46,372 nt of DNA from Paraspadella gotoi (GCA_051294375.1 CM119265.1:26527553-26573924); one strand, 5' to 3'; positions 26,573-40,270 are shown, numbered from the stretch's first letter. Numbers and translations: made by a program. Notes: generated by a model from the letters alone, not told the origin.

Positions 26573-27283
26573 AGGGACGATGACAAAATTGATATCTCGC
26601 TCGTCTCCTATGTACCCTGTTTTTCCCATCTAGGAGAATGTCGTGTTGGTTTCAGGCAGATATATTTTGTTTGGTGCCTGAGCTTCTTTAAGTGAAATAC
26701 ACAAAAAACATTAGAAATAGTCATTACTGAAAAGTTAGAAAGAAATAAGCAGATTAACGGGCGTCAAGCGCAGATTATCTCGGTTTTTTTGGGAAGGGTA
26801 TTAATTGTACTTAATAATTGCCAATATAAGTATTTAAAGATTAACTTTAAAATAAAATAACTCTTATCGTTTTTCCATCGTTGAATGGGCGACTCATGTG
26901 AACGTCTCGAGGGTGGATTGGTGTGTTGGAGGTTGAGAGGGCGGAGAAAAAGGTGGGGTGTTAAGAGGGGTGAGGGAGGGAGGAGTGGTGGAAGTGTGGA
27001 GCGAGGATGTAATGTAGGGTCGGAATAGGGGCCAGAAGCGGACACAAGTGGGCGGAAGCGGACAGTGGATGATCTAAGAGACTGACGGACGGACTCAACT
27101 GAGGAAGCGCGCCATCTACCGACAGAGACGAACGATGGCGTGAGGCGGCCGAAGAGAAAGAAATTAGATCCGTCAAAACGTCGGTCCGTTGTTTGTGTTG
27201 TCGTCGTCGGTCGGTGCGTCGCCGGTCTTCGCTTTAAAAGTCTCAGTGTATTGGAATTCAAGGTCATGTTGTTTCACGGTTTC

Positions 27284-30200
27284 TTTGTGAGACTTGAGTA
27301 AATTTGGATTTTTTTGGCTCATTTTTTTAATCAAGAAATGTTAATATAGATAAGTTATAACACAAAACCAAAGCAATAGCGTTCATTTTGTAACGGATCT
27401 TAAGAAAGCTTACATTAATTTTTCTTCCTTTTTTTGTTTCGATTAGGATAATCATGCTGTGTCGTTTACTGTTTTGTATTTTTTGATTAATATTGTCCTT
27501 CTGGTTTTGTGTCTAAATCAGTTTGTTTTTTTCTTCCAAGCGGTAAATAAAGAAGACTAGAAAAAAAGAAAAGTAAAAAGAAGGAGATACTGCAAGAGCG
27601 ATTGAAGAGCTTGTCGGAATCACAAGAGACGCGATCTAGGAGGATTCTATTGGCAGAATTGAAAGAACCAGAAGGGAGAGAGAGGAGGCCACGCAGAGAG
27701 AGAGAGTAAGAGAGAGAAGAGAGAGAGAGACAAAAGAAGAGAGAGAAAGACTAAAGAGAAATTGAAAGAGTGAAGATTCCGCCGGCAAATTTATCTGGGT
27801 TTCTTACGCCTTCCTTGAATTCCTTGTGACAAGAATATCAAGCGCGCGCGTGAAGGAGATTGAGACGAGAAGAGAGAGAGATGAGGAGAAGAGAGAGAGA
27901 GACGAGAGAAGAGCGAGAGAGAGAGAGAGAGAGATAAAAAAATAAACAGCTTTCTCTCTAGTCTGCTCTCTTGTCTCCCCACCTTTTATTCAAAGTTGTT
28001 GGACGAGGCTACCGAAAAGAATTGCTGTGTCTGTTCCTTGTTGGTGTGAAGTTTGGTAAATTTCGTGTTGGGCGCGAGTCGTCGGGAACGTGACGAACAG
28101 CATGGCGGCCTTCAAGCGGAGAAAGAGAAGAAAACGAAAATGGAGATTTTTTTGCTTTCTGCGTCGTCGGGACAGACGAGATGAACAAAGTTGTGTCGGT
28201 TGCGTGTTTGCTTGTCGAGATTTTTCCAGCGTCCGAATTAATGTTTTCTTTTGTCATTCCCGCGACCTTTTGGCGCGCCTCTGTATACGAATTTGTAAGA
28301 TGGTGAATTTCTTAACACCTCTCAGGGGATAGGAAGTGGGATAGTATGGGAGGTTAATGAAGGGTTCCGGTGTGTGCGGTACTTCGCCGTGCGCGGCCGG
28401 GGCGCAGGCTTGTGAGGCGAGCGTGGCAGTGAAGGTCGTGGAGTGTAGGAGAGTTGTTTCGCTTGCCTTGACTGAGGTGGTGATGAATGCATCAGGTTTT
28501 CCTTTCGTCTTTCTATAGATGTAGGGGCGCACAAGATGATTTTGATAACTAGAAAAACAAAACTTAGCAAATTATGTTGTTTTCGCTCGTTATGACCGTT
28601 TGCTTTCTCTTGAAGATTGTTTTGACTTTGTTTTTAAATCTTCTCTGATATAATTTAATAGAATTAACGTTTGGTTGCCAGCTTTGTGATGATAACCTGA
28701 TTGCGCGCTACCAAGTCTCCTCTGAAGAGTTGGATATTACATGTAGAATCAAATGAACATCGATCCTGCAACGAGTGATTGTGGATGTGCGTCTAGAGAT
28801 CGTGTGCTAGACAATTCAGATTAGCGGCAGATATTAGATTGTGTGACATGTTTGGTGGGCCTGTCCACTTTTTCTTTTCTGCGCCGCCCTCGGGCGTTCG
28901 CGGGGTGCGCAGACTCGGTATCTGTCGTCGTCGTTGGTCGTGGAGTCATCATACGTCGTTCGGATCGTTATCGTTTGTCATCGTCATCGTCGTCATCCTT
29001 CGTCGTCATCGTGTCATCTTATCATTTGTATGTCTCGTCATGCGTTGTCGGTACGTCATGTTCGATCGGTGCGTCGTCGGTCATCTTAGTCTTTTCCTCC
29101 TCATTTTCGTCGTCGTCGGTCGTTGTCGTGCGGTGCCATAATGCGTTCGTCGTCTTTCGCTTGTCGACTCATTTTTGCGTCGTCATCGTCTTCTCGTTCG
29201 TCGTCGTCCTCCTGTTCGCGTCGTGCGTTGTGCGCTCGTTGTCGTAAGTTGTCGGTCGAAAGAAGTAAAGGATTCATCGATTGTTCGTTTGTACAGCAGG
29301 GAAGATTGATGTGCCAGAGAATCGAGTAGTATGTGTAGGCAGAGAGGGCTTGCGGATAGCGAGAGGGGGATAAGGCCGAGACAATGAGACGGCTGCGTGG
29401 GTATAGGTGAATGAGTGAGCTCCGCGAATCGGAGTAGTCAGATAAAAAAACTTGAAGGTCAGGTAGTTATATCAAAATTCAGATAGCTCCAAATCGGACG
29501 ATGATGAATAGTAATAGAGCGTATGTTATAGTCGAGTGGTGATCGAAGGATGGGCAGTGAGAAGGAGAGTAAGCTATTAGGGTTTAAAGGCTAAAAAGGG
29601 TTACAATTAATGGCCTAGCAAGAGCGATCGAATCAGTAATCAAGTCTATCCAGGTAAAATCGAAGCAAGATCTATCAAGGTCTAAACGAAAGGTCAGTTA
29701 TTGTTGCTCGATTGGGTTCATCAGATATTTGAACTATGAGGGTAAGATTGGTTTGTGTCTGCTCTGTTGTCGTGGTAATTCGTATAATAAGTACTATATA
29801 TTTTAGGGGCGATCATCTATGCATACTATGAAAATTTTGTTACTCAAGAATAGTATTTGCTGTGTGGCTGATTTCTAAAGAAGTTAGTATAGATATATAC
29901 TATGTGAGAGTTGTAGTTACGCCGCAAAAAGAATATTACAGTGGATATTCCAACTGCAGATATTTTAACAATGTTTTTTTAAGAAAATCAATGTCATTTG
30001 CGAACTGTGAATTGGATGTTGGGAAATTGGGTCGGGCGGTGATCACAGTATGCGCATTTTAGTTATTTGGTAGTGTATAATTTAGCTCAAGAAGTTAAAG
30101 GAGTTGGTTTCTCTCGTTAAGCAATGAACAATTTTATTATTTTAAGAGCCCTGACGTTAGGAGATTTTTGCTGATTATCAATCAAGGAATAGTAGAGCGA

Positions 30201-33200
30201 GTATAAAAGGTAAAGGTCTGTGAGAATGTGTAGTAGTGATCGGCGTGTTGCAAGTCGGGCCCTGTGAAGAAGGTAGCAGTCGGACGGTTTGATCTCTCTC
30301 TCTTTTTACTTTTTCTCACTCATCATTGTGTGTGTTTAGGATGTTTTGGTATGTGCGCGCGTGGCGGGAGTGTTGCCGCGTAGTTTGTCGCTGTGTGTGA
30401 TGGCACACCTCTCGTCTCCCTTATACGTCCGCGTACTTTGCTGTTTTTCTCGTGATCGCAGGTGAAGGTCTCATTGTTTCAGAATGTGGGCGTGCATGCG
30501 TAGTGTGATGTGTTTTTATCGGGTTTCTTTTGAATTGCGATAGCGCATCTTGTAATGCTCTGCGGTTTCTGCTCGTTATCGTCCACTCTTACCTCTGTAG
30601 GGCTCCTAGAGTCCTTGAAGAAAGAATTCATTATTTTCGTCAGCCGCAGCGGGTATGTACTAGAAGACGTGTGCAATGAGCGTCGCTCCGTCGAAAAGGA
30701 TATGAGGGTCGGGACATCGAGGTTCATAAAGTGTGACTCGTGTGGGTAGTAGCTGCTCGAGCGAGTGAGCACGAGTATGAAAAACATGCGCGTTTGAGAG
30801 AACTGAGCTATAGAAACAAAGTTTTCAAGAAAGGTCGATGAAAACCTCGGAATGGAAGCGAGCATAAAAAATGTGAATGAATTGCAGTTACGGGATGTTC
30901 CCATTAAATATTTAGGAGAATCACAGAATTTTTTCCTTATTTTTAGAAAATTGAGGGAAGGTAACTTTGTTGCTATCTCCTCCTCTGTTGAGTGAACTCC
31001 ACAGTATAAGTAGAGTCTAGATGACGTTTGTTATGATCGAAGTAGATAGATGATTTTCTTTAAAAATTCTTGTTTTTGTTGGGAACTATCAGGGTAAGTT
31101 AGAGGATTGAAGACGCTATAAGATACTGGAGGTTTGAAGAAATGTTGAAACTAAAAGATTTTGATGAGCGGCTCCAGAAAAATTTTTTTTGTTTTTTTTT
31201 TATTTTGTTTGTTTTTTGTTTTTTAAAAACAAACAAAAGGTGTAAGTTTGTGAAGACTTCGAAGATGAACTTTTGTTTGTGTTGAAATATCTTTGATGTT
31301 GACTCGAATAGTTGTATATGAAAGGGATTCTGTCTTGGGTTAATAATTTAGTTTCTTAATGGCAGTCGATAGTGGTGCGTACGTTGTGCGGCTGATGGAG
31401 TTGAAGCTAAGTAACCTTGAATCGTGAACGCTAAATGTCTGATGTAAATGACGAATAGGATTGTGTGGAAATCTTAAGTTTTACAGAAGGAATAAAATCG
31501 GTTGACGGAATCTTTCGCTGTTTGCGAGACGAAATGGAGTTGTGTGGCGTGGAAGATGATTGGAGTGTGGCGGTGTGGCAGACGCGAGATGGAGTTGCGG
31601 GGCAGTGGCGTGGAGTGTAGGATATGCAAGAGTACAGTGCTGCAGACGGGTAGATGGAGACGACGGAGACAATAAAGATGTGTGGGCGAAGAAGACGGCG
31701 TACATTGAAATGTAGGATAAAGCGGTACAGTCGCGAAGGCAACCGTCGTTCTTAAGCTCGGAGGATAGTTGTGTTTTTTGTCCGTAGATAGAGAAGACGC
31801 GTAAACATCGTCGAATGCTGAGCTGAATGATATAATAGTAGTCGGAGGATTGCGAATGTATTTTCTCAAGAGTCGATAGGATAGAATTAGTCTTGCTAGT
31901 TCGACAGGAATTTCACGTAATGCATACAGAGGAGAATACGGCGAGTAGGCTATACGGGAGAGAAAACAAGTGAGGCGGTGCTGTTAGTTTTAGAGGCAAT
32001 TATGCGACGTCATATACTTGGGGTAGATTGTTTTCGTGACGGAGATCGAGTAGGAACAGAAAATCATTTCAGGGCAAATCGTTCTTTTACCCGTTCTTTA
32101 TGTTAAATGATCTGTTCTTTTTTAATGTTCCCTGTATATTTTTCTCTCTTATGTCTATCTCTTTATTATATAATCTAAACTATTGCATAATAAATAGGGT
32201 TATTATAGACTAATGTCGAATTGTGTATTGAGCTAAATATGAGATCGTGGGGATTTATTTTATTAAGATGTTCCAATCATTGTCGATGGTAAAAAAGGAG
32301 TAAGTTAAGAATAAGGACGAGTAGAGAGTGAGCAGGACAAAGAGGTTAAGAGAGTTTCCCTATAAAGAATCTGAGACAGAGATTAGTGGTCCAGTGGAGA
32401 GGACAGATTTTATTGTATAGAGGCTAGATTGATAAGTGGTGAAGTAATAAGTGAATAATTTGTGTGAAAGGAGAGAGAAGAGAGGTTTTCTGTTAATTGT
32501 TTATCTTTGTGATGTAAGATTTGCTCAAATGTATTGGTTATATTTCTCTCTCGTGTTCTCTCTCTCTCTGCTCTCTCTTCTCACGTCTTGTCCACCAAAT
32601 TTCAACTTCTTTTACCACTTATTCAATCTAGCCTAACGAACTAAAATCTGTCCTCTACACATGAGCCACTAATACAGGCTTGCTCAAGTTCTTTGCTGGA
32701 GAAACTAGTGTAAACACCGTTTTTTTGTCTGCTCTCTCTGCTCTTCATCTTTCTTTAACTCACAAAATTGATACCATATAGTTCGCCACACTGTCAATAA
32801 GACGCTGATGAAGACTCGAAAATCTCAGAGGTCGAAACATGTGCTGCATTTCTTATTAATGAAACATAGTTGTAACAAATTAAAAAATTCATTTGGTAAA
32901 TAACTATATATTAATTATTATAGTTAGAATATTTGTATTATTATATATATTGTTCAAAAAAATAAAAATTTTAAAAGTTACTACTGTAGATGTACGAAAT
33001 AGGTATTACTGTTGAAGATAAGACAAAGTGGCAGATTTTAATTTATAGTTGCCATAATTATTTCAAATTTATATATGGAGAAATCATGTGTGTCGCTTTA
33101 ATCTATTTGCGATGATTACAATGGACGGGTTAAACTGTTAAAGAAACGTAAATTATTCAATATGGCGGCTTAATTACCTTTAAAAAAAAAATAATTATCA

Positions 33201-33659
33201 ATAATTAGTATTTGAAGTACATGGAAGGTACATGGAAATCAGCAGACGAGGCAAGGCCTAAACTCGGCAGGAATCCGCGACTCGCGGCGCTAATATATAT
33301 ATCGTATAATTCCCAATCGTCCCATCTCTAATTGAATGATAAACTCAAATCTATAATTTAATAATTTCTAAGTGGCATATAAGTTTTATGAGAAAAAAAG
33401 CAAGTTTTATTGTATAATAATGCGATATAGTTATAATAAGAGTACACGCCCATGGTCAGCCGAGCAACTCGCCACAACGGTCGCCACTATACCGTCCGCA
33501 CACAATACTTCGCCACTACCTCCGTCCACTATCCAGCGCCACAGCTAGGTCACCGTGCAAAACACAAGTAAGAGAAACGCAAAAACACTTTCGCTTCAAT
33601 GTATTTTTTGGTTCGTGCTTTTATTGAACGGGAGGAGGATGGAGAGGGAGAGGGAGCGG

Positions 33660-33693
<34 letters not shown>

Positions 33694-36600
33694 AGAGAGA
33701 TGAGAATGATGAGAGAGACAGAAACTGGAATGTGATAATTGAGGATAAGGAGTGAAGATGAGAGACGAAATTGAGAGAGACGGAAAGACAAAGATGGAGA
33801 GGATATGAGGATAGAGATGGGATAGGTCCGAAAATCGCGATTTACTAAGTTTAGGCTGCGAAACGCTGATGTTTTGTTTTCGTTTCGCTTAAGTCTTTTG
33901 TGATGTCGTTGTTTGTGCGTTGATTTTTGTTTCCTTCCTTTTAGTTGGCATTTCTTGAGCTCTTCTTTTTGTCGACCTCTGCTATGTTCCTTTCTTTCGT
34001 GTGATCTGCTGTTTTTCGTTGTTTTAGTTTGGTTTGCCTGGTACTTCTTTCTCGCTTCTCTGGGGCGTGTCGACGTGGCCGTCTCCGTCGTTCTCTCATG
34101 ATCGTAGATCTACTCTCTTCGCGTTCTGTCTCACTGCTCTCTCTATGCTGTTTACTAACGAGTCGTCAAACGTCGAAGAGAGAGCACAGGGAGGGCAGTT
34201 GAGTAACTAAAGGCCGTCTCCGTCGGTCTCGTCTCTCTCCTCTCTGACTCTCTCTCATCTCCGTGCTATGTGCTACATCATCTCGTCGTACAATCTCGTT
34301 CAGTCTAGTCATTGACCTGTGGACGTCGTTTTGTTGTATTCTTCTTTTCGTCGTCTTCTCCTGCAGATGTCCGCCGGTCATATTGTGAGTTTCGAGGCTC
34401 GAACAAGAAAAACATTTTTTTTCTGAGAAAGATAGTTGTTTTTTCGATATTTGTTGGTCAGAGCGGGAGTTGGTTGGTGTGGGTTTCGGCGTTGGACTTG
34501 AGTATGTTGTATTGATCGTCTAACGTCTTGATTTTCGCGTTGTTTGTTATCATATTTGTAATATAATTCTTAATTTTGAAACAATGAAAGATTATCATAT
34601 ACGTAGGCTCGAGACACCTGTAGATTCGGAATTGTCATTTGTAATTGGTGTAACAAAAGGGCTCGCTGTTAAGCGCGATAAACCTTTGTAACAATTATCT
34701 ATTGTAGCAGGAGTGCAAGCATTTTCACCAGAGAATCTTAACACATTAAGATTGTGGTGTTTTTAGAAAGTAACGATTTGCGCGGCAGGCGGATAAATAA
34801 ATGCGAGTATGAATCGTTGAAGAGAGGGTCGATTACAAGGTTTAAACTAATTCAATTCAACATAAGATAGATAAAGTGCCATCGTCAGTTGCGCGGGCAT
34901 TTGTTTACTTCTTCCCATTTAAGGGTTGTGAAGACTTTTTGCATCACATTCCATAAAATTGGATAGCAGGAAATAAAGAGAAACAAGCGATAGGAAAGTG
35001 TTTTACTCAGAGCCTTGTAAAAATTGGCTTAAAAATTTCGTCTTTTTTTTTTTGTTATCTTGTGTTTTTCGTTGGCATGGCGCCAAGTTCAAGAGTGATT
35101 AAAAAGAAGCGAGTTTCCAGATGCGGTCGGGAGAACTGTAAGGTAAGTAAGACAGAATTAAACCAATGAGATTCACGGTGCCGAGATTGCGAGGCCTGAG
35201 CACGGGTTCCGGTCGTTGTTCTGGAGAACTCACCAAACCGGTCAGCGATCAAAGTATACGGCAGTTCAGACATACGAAACGGAGGGAAGAAAGTAGTGTT
35301 AGTGCACAGCTTACGTATTAACTGTGATCGAGAAGAGAGGAGGGAGCACAGAGATAAAGAGTAGCTGTGGAGAGAGGAGGAGCATAGAGAATAGAGAGGA
35401 GAGAGAGAGTGTGCAGATAGTTAAACTCCATAGTCTGAGTAACGATCATGCGAAGGATGGAAGATGAGAATAACTATGGATTTAAAAAAAGGAGAAAAAG
35501 AAAAACGAAAAAAACGTTTTGATTGGATGAAGCGAAAATTAATTAATTAGTCGAGGGCGAACCGTTGAAATTTGTTACAAAGGTTGTTTAAAGACGCAAA
35601 TGGTTCATTATGTTGCAACATGAGAAATTTTGTGAAGTGGGATATTAACGATAGTTCTGAAGACAGAGTAGCCTTCGAAATGTTCTTTTAAGCAACGCCT
35701 TAACAAAATTCGATAAGGACATGAAGGTCATACTCGGAGGAGAGCGCAATGAAACCATTGCACCGACGCCCATACTGCACAACGTTCCCCCGCCTGTCCG
35801 CTCATTTACCTTCTGCTCAAGCATTCGGTGCGCCCCTGAACATCGTTTTAAGCTTCGACCGAGGCCTGTCTGCCAATGTTAATCAACCTCCTGCGCCACT
35901 GTTCTCACCCTCAGACACACTCCTCGCAGGCCACCAACAGTCCCCCTCCACGGACCAGCCATCCGGCGGGACGAGCAGCCGCCACCGACCGACTTTCGCC
36001 AGCTCTGCCATTCGAATCCGCCATGACGCAGGTCAGCACTTATCCAGCACTTTGGCCGTTGGGATATCAGTGTTGCGGGGCTGTGGTCGGGAAAGTAGAT
36101 GCGATCGCCCGGGACTTCGCAGGATGTAATCTGACGGCGTTTCGCGCGACGGGCGATATGCTTACGGGATCGTGGAACTCGAAAGAAATGAAGTGGACAG
36201 CAGGTAAGCTGTTCCTTTGGGCGGAGACAGCGTCGGGTGCTCCCACTGGTTTAATAAGACGAGGAAACTTCGTCTCGTTTCTCATCGCGAGGAAAGGTAT
36301 TTGGGGCTCGCCATTTGTGAGGGCGGTGGGCTGCGAGTTTGAAGGGGGGAAGGGGTAGAGTAATAAGATGAAAATCGATGGGGAGTAAGGTGGGTAAGCG
36401 TTTAGAAAATAAAAATACTCAATTCTCCTCCAATGTAACCCTATGTACCTAAACAGTACGGCAACAGAATTTAACTTCTTACCTTATCTTTTTTTAAGCA
36501 AAATATTTTTAATACTCCACGTTTTAAACACATTTTTGTTTACTGCTCAGAGGATGATCGTCAAGTGTTGCTACGGCGCAAATGCAATGAATAATTCGCA

Positions 36601-37979
36601 ATTTTACATAAATTGAAACAATTTTGAAATTTTAACATTTTTTTTAATTCTTTCCGCTTTTTTTATTTTCCACCTTCTTTCCAAATTTTGTCTTGCTGCC
36701 CAGCCAGTAATTATCACTATGCGCACTCGCTTATTTTCAACACAATAGTTTGCGGCCACAGCTAGTTTTTCTCAACTTTGAATCTCTCATCAGTCAACAA
36801 ATTCATCCCACAGTGAATTCCCTCTCGCAGGCTTCTCTCAAACAGCCTGACTATGTTCCCATAACAGTGAATTCCCCTCACCTGTTATCTCTCGTCAATG
36901 CGAACCAGTGATATGCAGCGTGAACTTTTCCCCATTCGTTCGCGTAAAAGTCCGCCGTATGACGGTCGTCTTTCCCCAGCGATGGTCTTGATCCTACACC
37001 GCCAGGGGGTCCGCGATTCCACGGGCGACCTCGTCGATGTTGCGGGCGCCAGCGCGTTGAGAACAAGTAGGGTGCGCCTCTTCGGCGTAGAGCGACGGTA
37101 CGTCAGCGGGAATATATGTGGCGAAGCTTGCTACGGTAGAGGCGACCTGTCAAGTCAAGTGTGGATGGCCAGGGCGGTAGCTTTCGAAAGTGGGGTTGAT
37201 GGGTGCGAAGGTAAGGATTAAAGGGAAAAGGGCAAGAAGAAATTGGAATGGAGGAAAAGGAAAACGTGGAAAAAGAAAGAGAAAAGAAAAAGATAAGAAA
37301 GAAAGGAAAAGGATGAGAAAGGAAAAGTAAAGGTAAGTTGAGAGAGAAAAGGATTCGTACGGTCGGAAATTGAATGGGGTAGTGAACAAAGAAAAAGGGA
37401 AAAGAAGTAAGAGAGAAAAGTATAAGCGAAAAGAAAAGGGGGAAAAAATGAAATCAAAAGGAAGATGGGAAAAACTAATATGGAAAGTGGAAAGGGGATA
37501 TAAAGTTGGGAAATAGAAAAAGGGGAAAAAAAGAAATTTTAGTTAAAAGGGAGAGGGGAAAAGGTAAGATGGGGACAAAAAAGGGGAAAAAGGGGCGAAA
37601 AAGACAAAGGGAAAAAGAAAGAGAAGACAAAGTGAAAAGAAAGACAAAGGGCGCGATCACTCTCACCTTGAAGTCTTGCTCTGAAGCATTTTTAGTGATG
37701 TTTGTCTGGATTTCGGAAACGTTGTGTTGGATGATCTTCAATGTTCAGCGCCTTAGGTGTTTTGTTAGGTTTATTGTTAATTTATGATTATTAACATTTT
37801 GATGGCAGTAAAAACATAGTATTCCCGGATTCTAATAACTTGAGGGACTGTCCTTTTAGCCAATTGAAACATTCTTTGAAAATTGAAGATGTTTATGTCC
37901 ATTCATTGTATTGAAAGCTTGTTTGCCATAAGATTAGAGGAAAATGTGGAAGAGAGTCCTTGGGAGAGGGATGGCACTC
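27284..37979 (+). repeat. 10.7-kb direct repeat, second instance
   Basis: Starts tttgtgagacttgagtaaatttgg and ends ...gggatggcactc before an N gap, as in the first instance; constant offset throughout. Confidence 0.97.
36051..37751 (-). pseudogene. Frameshifted version of the AsaB-like exons, copy 2 (identical to 18327-20027); probable artefact
   Basis: Same sequence as copy 1 at offset +17724; identical ORF translations. Confidence 0.8.
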
Positions 37980-38051
37980 NNNNNNNNNNNNNNNNNNNNN
38001 NNNNNNNNNNNNNNNNNNNNNNNNNNNNNNNNNNNNNNNNNNNNNNNNNNN
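37980..38051. other. Assembly gap (72 N) separating copy 2 and copy 3
   Basis: N run directly after the same terminal sequence (ggcactc) as the 20256 gap. Confidence 0.99.
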
Positions 38052-38070
38052 AAAAAGAGAGAGAAGATAA

Positions 38071-38190
38071 TTTAATCCTGACTCTCGGTGCCATCAAGAT
38101 TAAACCTTTGTTCCCAAGTAGCCAATCAAATTTAATCCTGCCTCTCGTCCAATCAGATTAAACCTTTGTTCCCCAGTAGCCAATCAAATT
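38071..38190 (+). repeat. Tandem repeat of 58-60 bp, 2 copies, CCAAT-containing
   Basis: tttaatcctg...gattaaacctttgttccc.agtagccaatcaaa repeated at 38071 and 38131; equivalents at about 6150-6270 and 23885-24000. Confidence 0.85.
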
Positions 38191-39051
38191 CCAGGTTTTT
38201 ATTCTCTAACGACCAATCACCTTCAATTGCTATGCCTTCCAGTCTTTTTTTCACTGAAGTTCTTTTTAACCACAGCACGCTAAGGGCCATTAGACATACT
38301 TAGCACGCATACATTTTGCCTAATCACCTTTTCATTTAATTTTTTTTTCAAAAAGATCCATAAACTTATTTCCCCAATCATATTAAATATATTCCTCATT
38401 TAACGAAACACATAAAAACAGTTACCGACATTCATAGACTCAACTTCATATCACCAAATCACCGTCACAATCTATTTATCAAACTTAATCACCAAATTCC
38501 ATCTCCTAATTACCTTCAATATAATCTTATCACTTCCAACTCTGGTTCCATTTTCCCGCCGTCTCTCTTCGTCGCCATCAAAAGGAAGACGAAACAACGA
38601 GAAACATTTCAGGACCCCCCCAAAAAAAACGTTTTACGGAATTTTGTTCCAAATCCGTTTTGCCAAATGATTTTGCCAAATGTTTTTTTTTCTTTTTTCC
38701 TTTTTTTGGTTTATATCTTGACTTAGCCTCCTTTGTTGAATGGTTTACAAATGAAACAACAATATCTTTTGTACGCAAGGTACAGAATTATTGCAAAAAT
38801 AGAAAACCCTTTTTTCTCGCTTCTCTCTCCTCTCTCTTCTCTCTCTCTTTTCTCTCCTCTCTCTCCTCTCTCTCTCTTTTCTGTCCACTCTCTCCTCTCT
38901 TCTCTCTCTCTCTTTAATATTTGATTTGCCTTCACTGACTGTGAAGCCATAATTCGTTTCACGATTGGATTATTACCCATTAAATCATAACTCTCACCGC
39001 TCGTTATTTTGTTCTGACTCGTTAAGTGCAACAACCGATTCGCCACTCGAT

Positions 39052-39185
39052 CCGCAGTCCAGAAACCACAGTTCCGAGACCACACTCGAAAGTCCACAGT
39101 CCAGAGACCACAGTGCCGATCCCACACTACAAAGTCCACACTCCAGAAAGCACAGTTCCGAGACCACACTCCAAAGTCCACAGTC
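39052..39185 (+). repeat. Minisatellite: 14-bp monomers organised as a 42-bp higher-order unit, about 3.2 copies
   Basis: ccgcagtccagaaa-ccacagttccgaga-ccacactcgaaagt / ccacagtccagaga-ccacagtgccgatc-ccacactacaaagt / ccacactccagaaa-gcacagttccgaga-ccacactccaaagt. Degraded equivalents at about 7190-7345 and 24910-25040. Confidence 0.9.
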
Positions 39186-40087
39186 ACCCACATCCCCTCT
39201 CCACATCTTAATTCTCATCCACGCGTTTCTTTACGATTTTCCGTCGAAGGAATTAATCGGTGAAAGAAAACGAAAAACACGACGAAAACGACAACAACTA
39301 CATAATACGAGGACAACAACGACGGCAATAACAACGACAGAAAAAAAAGAAGCTTTTCGGCTTTCAATGATTTTCCTCCTCTCTCTCTCTCGTGCTCTCT
39401 CTCTCTCTCTACTCTCATCTCCTCCTCTCTCTCGTCTCTTCTTCTCACTCTCTCTGCTCTCTCTCTCGTCTCCGATTGCTCTCCCCCCCTGATGTTTTCG
39501 CCCCGATGCTGGTGATGTTTATGAGTCTCTACATCAATGTTTATGTTTATGCGTCGCTTGTTTTGTTTTTACGGAGTCGCGCGTCGAAAAGAAAGTAATT
39601 GTTTTTCCCTTTGGACAAGGAAGGTTTCAGGGGGGGCGTTAGAGGAAATACTCTTTGGGGGACTATGTGAAAGAAAAAGAAAAGGAGAACGGACAGATAG
39701 ACTGCTAGACAGAGGACGGAAGGAGATACAGAAAAACAGATAGACGGACATTACAAAAAAAACGTCCAAAAGAAGAGAAAGTAAAGATATCCGGACAGAC
39801 AGACACGGTTAATTATAAATAAAGATGCAGAGGCATACAGACGGACAGACAAATTTGCAGAGTCACAGAAATTCGACTGACTGAGATTCGGGAAGATAGA
39901 TAGACAAACAGAGAAAGAGATATATATACAAACAGACAAACGATGTTTCAGTTAAAAATACAAGCTACAAGTGACCAAACTAAAAGTCAAACTTCAAAAC
40001 CGACGTAAAGACTGACTGACAGACAGGGAAAAAATAGACCGACCGACCAGAAATTCAGATCAAGATATTTTTTTTCCGTCTTCACAG

Positions 40088-40210
40088 GATTTTGGTCACT
40101 TTTACGGTTCTTCTTACGTCGCTGCTCCGGACGGAAGCAGAACTCCGGGCCTCTCGAGAATACGAGACGGGGTCTTGATAGCAGAAGTTGACCTCAATCT
40201 TTGCAGACAG
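40088..40210 (+). CDS. UPB1: Beta-ureidopropionase (beta-alanine synthase), penultimate coding exon, intact copy
   Basis: Flanked by ttcacAG| and |GTgatt; 123 bp, phase 0-0. Manual translation [41 protein letters not shown] matches the conserved C-terminal block of metazoan UPB1/pyd3 as recalled ([21 protein letters not shown]......DLNLC.Q). Confidence 0.95.
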
Positions 40211-40218
40211 GTGATTGG

Positions 40219-40219
<1 letters not shown>

Positions 40220-40270
<51 letters not shown>
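40220..40270 (+). repeat. (GATT)n microsatellite in the last UPB1 intron
   Basis: About 12-13 perfect units directly after the donor region. Confidence 0.95.

Larger units (their letters stand above)
20281..27283 (+). repeat. Indel-divergent, shorter version of about 1296-9559
   Basis: Shared collinear anchors, e.g. gtcattttcaaagaatcatctaaga (about 3916/21958), catccgcagcatcgttagcgacttac (5050/22961), aagttaaagtatatccggacagacagacacgg (8011/25694). Confidence 0.92.

Noticed and set aside
39052-39185. CRISPR-like array
   Set aside because: Contiguous tandem units without unique spacers, eukaryotic context, no cas genes.
38723-39492. Repeat-containing ORFs (WTVDFGVWSRNCG / PQSRNHSSETTLES)
   Set aside because: By-products of the 42-bp minisatellite and (AG)n tracts; no splice or homology support.
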